A stretch of 8,162 nucleotides of DNA. It comes from a virus (lineage: Duplodnaviria > Heunggongvirae > Uroviricota > Caudoviricetes). Shown piece after piece: positions 7,411 to 8,162 of the stretch (its first letter is position 1; every line of letters begins with the position of its first letter). Both the position numbers and the translations under genes were made by a program. Below the pieces are notes generated by a model. It saw only the letters and a list, made by a program, of their open reading frames with translations, was not told the origin of the DNA and did no database searches. The stretch lies in IMG/VR virus record IMGVR_UViG_2651869724_000008. One strand, 5' to 3'.

Positions 7411-8162
7411 ATGGCAGTACAGATTTCAGGTGTACTGAAAGATGGTGCGGGAAAACCAATACAGAACTGCACCATTCAACTGAAAGCCAGACGGACCAGC
7501 AGCACGGTGGTGGTGAACACGGTGGCCTCTGAAAATCCGGATGAAGCCGGTCGTTACAGCATGGACGTTGAGTACGGGCAGTACAGCGTTATTCTGTTGG
7601 TGGAAGGATTCCCGCCATCCCATGCCGGGACCATCACCGTGTATGAAGATTCTCAACCGGGGACGCTGAATGATTTTCTCGGTGCCATGTCGGAGGATGA
7701 CGTCCGGCCGGAGGCACTGCGTCGTTTTGAACAAATGGTGGAAGAGGCAGCGCGTCATGCCGGGGAGGCGAAGAAGAATGCCGGAGAGGCAGAGACGTCC
7801 GCGAGGAATGCCGGCATATCAGCCAGTCAGGCAGAAAAGAGCGCTGCACATGCTGACACTTCAGCAGGATATGCATCGGAGTCAGCCCGGCAGGCGGCAG
7901 AAAGTGCAGCCTCAGCAAAGCAGTCAGAGGAGGCGTCCTCGTCCTCGGCCTCTGAGGCCGCTCAAAAAGCCAGTGAGTCATCACAAAGTGCAGCAGAAGC
8001 TGAATTGTCAAGAAAGACGGCAGAAAGTGCAGCCGGTAATGCAGCCAGGGATGCAACGACCGCAGCAGAAAAAGCCCGGGAGTCAGCAGAAAGCGCACAG
8101 TCAGCGGAACAAAGCAGGATAGCGGCGGAAGACGCCGTAAACCGAATCCCCACCGTGGTGGG
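7411..8162 (+). CDS. stf: Side tail fibre protein Stf, N-terminal ~250 codons (3' end lies beyond the window)
   Basis: Frame 1 is open from ATG 7411 to the window end, checked by manual translation; this ORF is missing from the supplied track because it has no stop inside the window. N-terminus MAVQISGVLKDGAGKPIQNCTIQLKARRTSSTVVVNTVASENPDEAGRYSMDVEYGQYSVIL matches the lambda Stf (orf-401) N-terminus from memory, followed by an Ala/Ser/Glu-rich repetitive shaft region. GGAG at 7402-7405. Confidence 0.88.
   Translation, partial: MAVQISGVLKDGAGKPIQNCTIQLKARRTSSTVVVNTVASENPDEAGRYSMDVEYGQYSVILLVEGFPPSHAGTITVYEDSQPGTLNDFLGAMSEDDVRPEALRRFEQMVEEAARHAGEAKKNAGEAETSARNAGISASQAEKSAAHADTSAGYASESARQAAESAASAKQSEEASSSSASEAAQKASESSQSAAEAELSRKTAESAAGNAARDATTAAEKARESAESAQSAEQSRIAAEDAVNRIPTVV
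7747..8130 (+). repeat. Degenerate short-period Ala/Ser/Glu-rich coding repeats in the stf shaft region
   Basis: The protein shows reiterated units such as AGEAKKNAGEAETSARNAG / SAAHADTSAGYASESARQAAESAASAKQSEEAS / KASESSQSAAEAELSRKTAESAAGNAARDATTAAEKARESAESAQSAEQS. The DNA repeats GCAGAAAG(T/C)GC-like motifs at about 7832, 7897, 8021 and 8086. Confidence 0.5.

Noticed and set aside
7634-8153. Overlapping ORFs in other frames within stf (154 aa minus strand; 150 aa in + frame 2; 63 aa minus strand)
   Set aside because: They lie in the repetitive GC/Ala-codon-rich stf shaft region where alternative frames stay open by composition (Arg/Pro/Gln-rich translations). The frame-1 stf reading is the one I recognise as a lambda Stf homologue.
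1-8162. CRISPR array, tRNA, integrase or attachment site, insertion sequence
   Set aside because: No direct-repeat/spacer periodicity, no tRNA-like cloverleaf candidates in the short non-coding gaps, and no transposase- or integrase-like ORF. The whole window is structural tail genes.

Overview
This window is a contiguous block of tail genes from a lambda-like (lambdoid) siphovirus or prophage of an enterobacterial host, all on the + strand in the canonical order H (tape measure, 3' part) - M - L - K - I - J - stf (5' part). The genes are tightly packed (TAATG stop/start overlap at H/M, 5-9 nt gaps at M/L and L/K, a 103-nt out-of-frame K/I overlap), leaving only two ~60-nt intergenic gaps (I/J and J/stf), each holding a GC-rich hairpin followed by a T-rich run. 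Identification rests on reading the translated ORFs and recognising them from memory as lambda tail proteins; no database search was run. I find no room for, and no evidence of, an independent undescribed system such as a defence island, toxin-antitoxin pair, CRISPR array or RNA gene. The features most worth follow-up are the apparently divergent C-terminal receptor-binding region of J, the two-peptidase-domain K protein with its overlap onto I, the absence of a lom-like gene between J and stf, and the mosaic tape measure. Long antisense ORFs inside these genes are judged to be artefacts.
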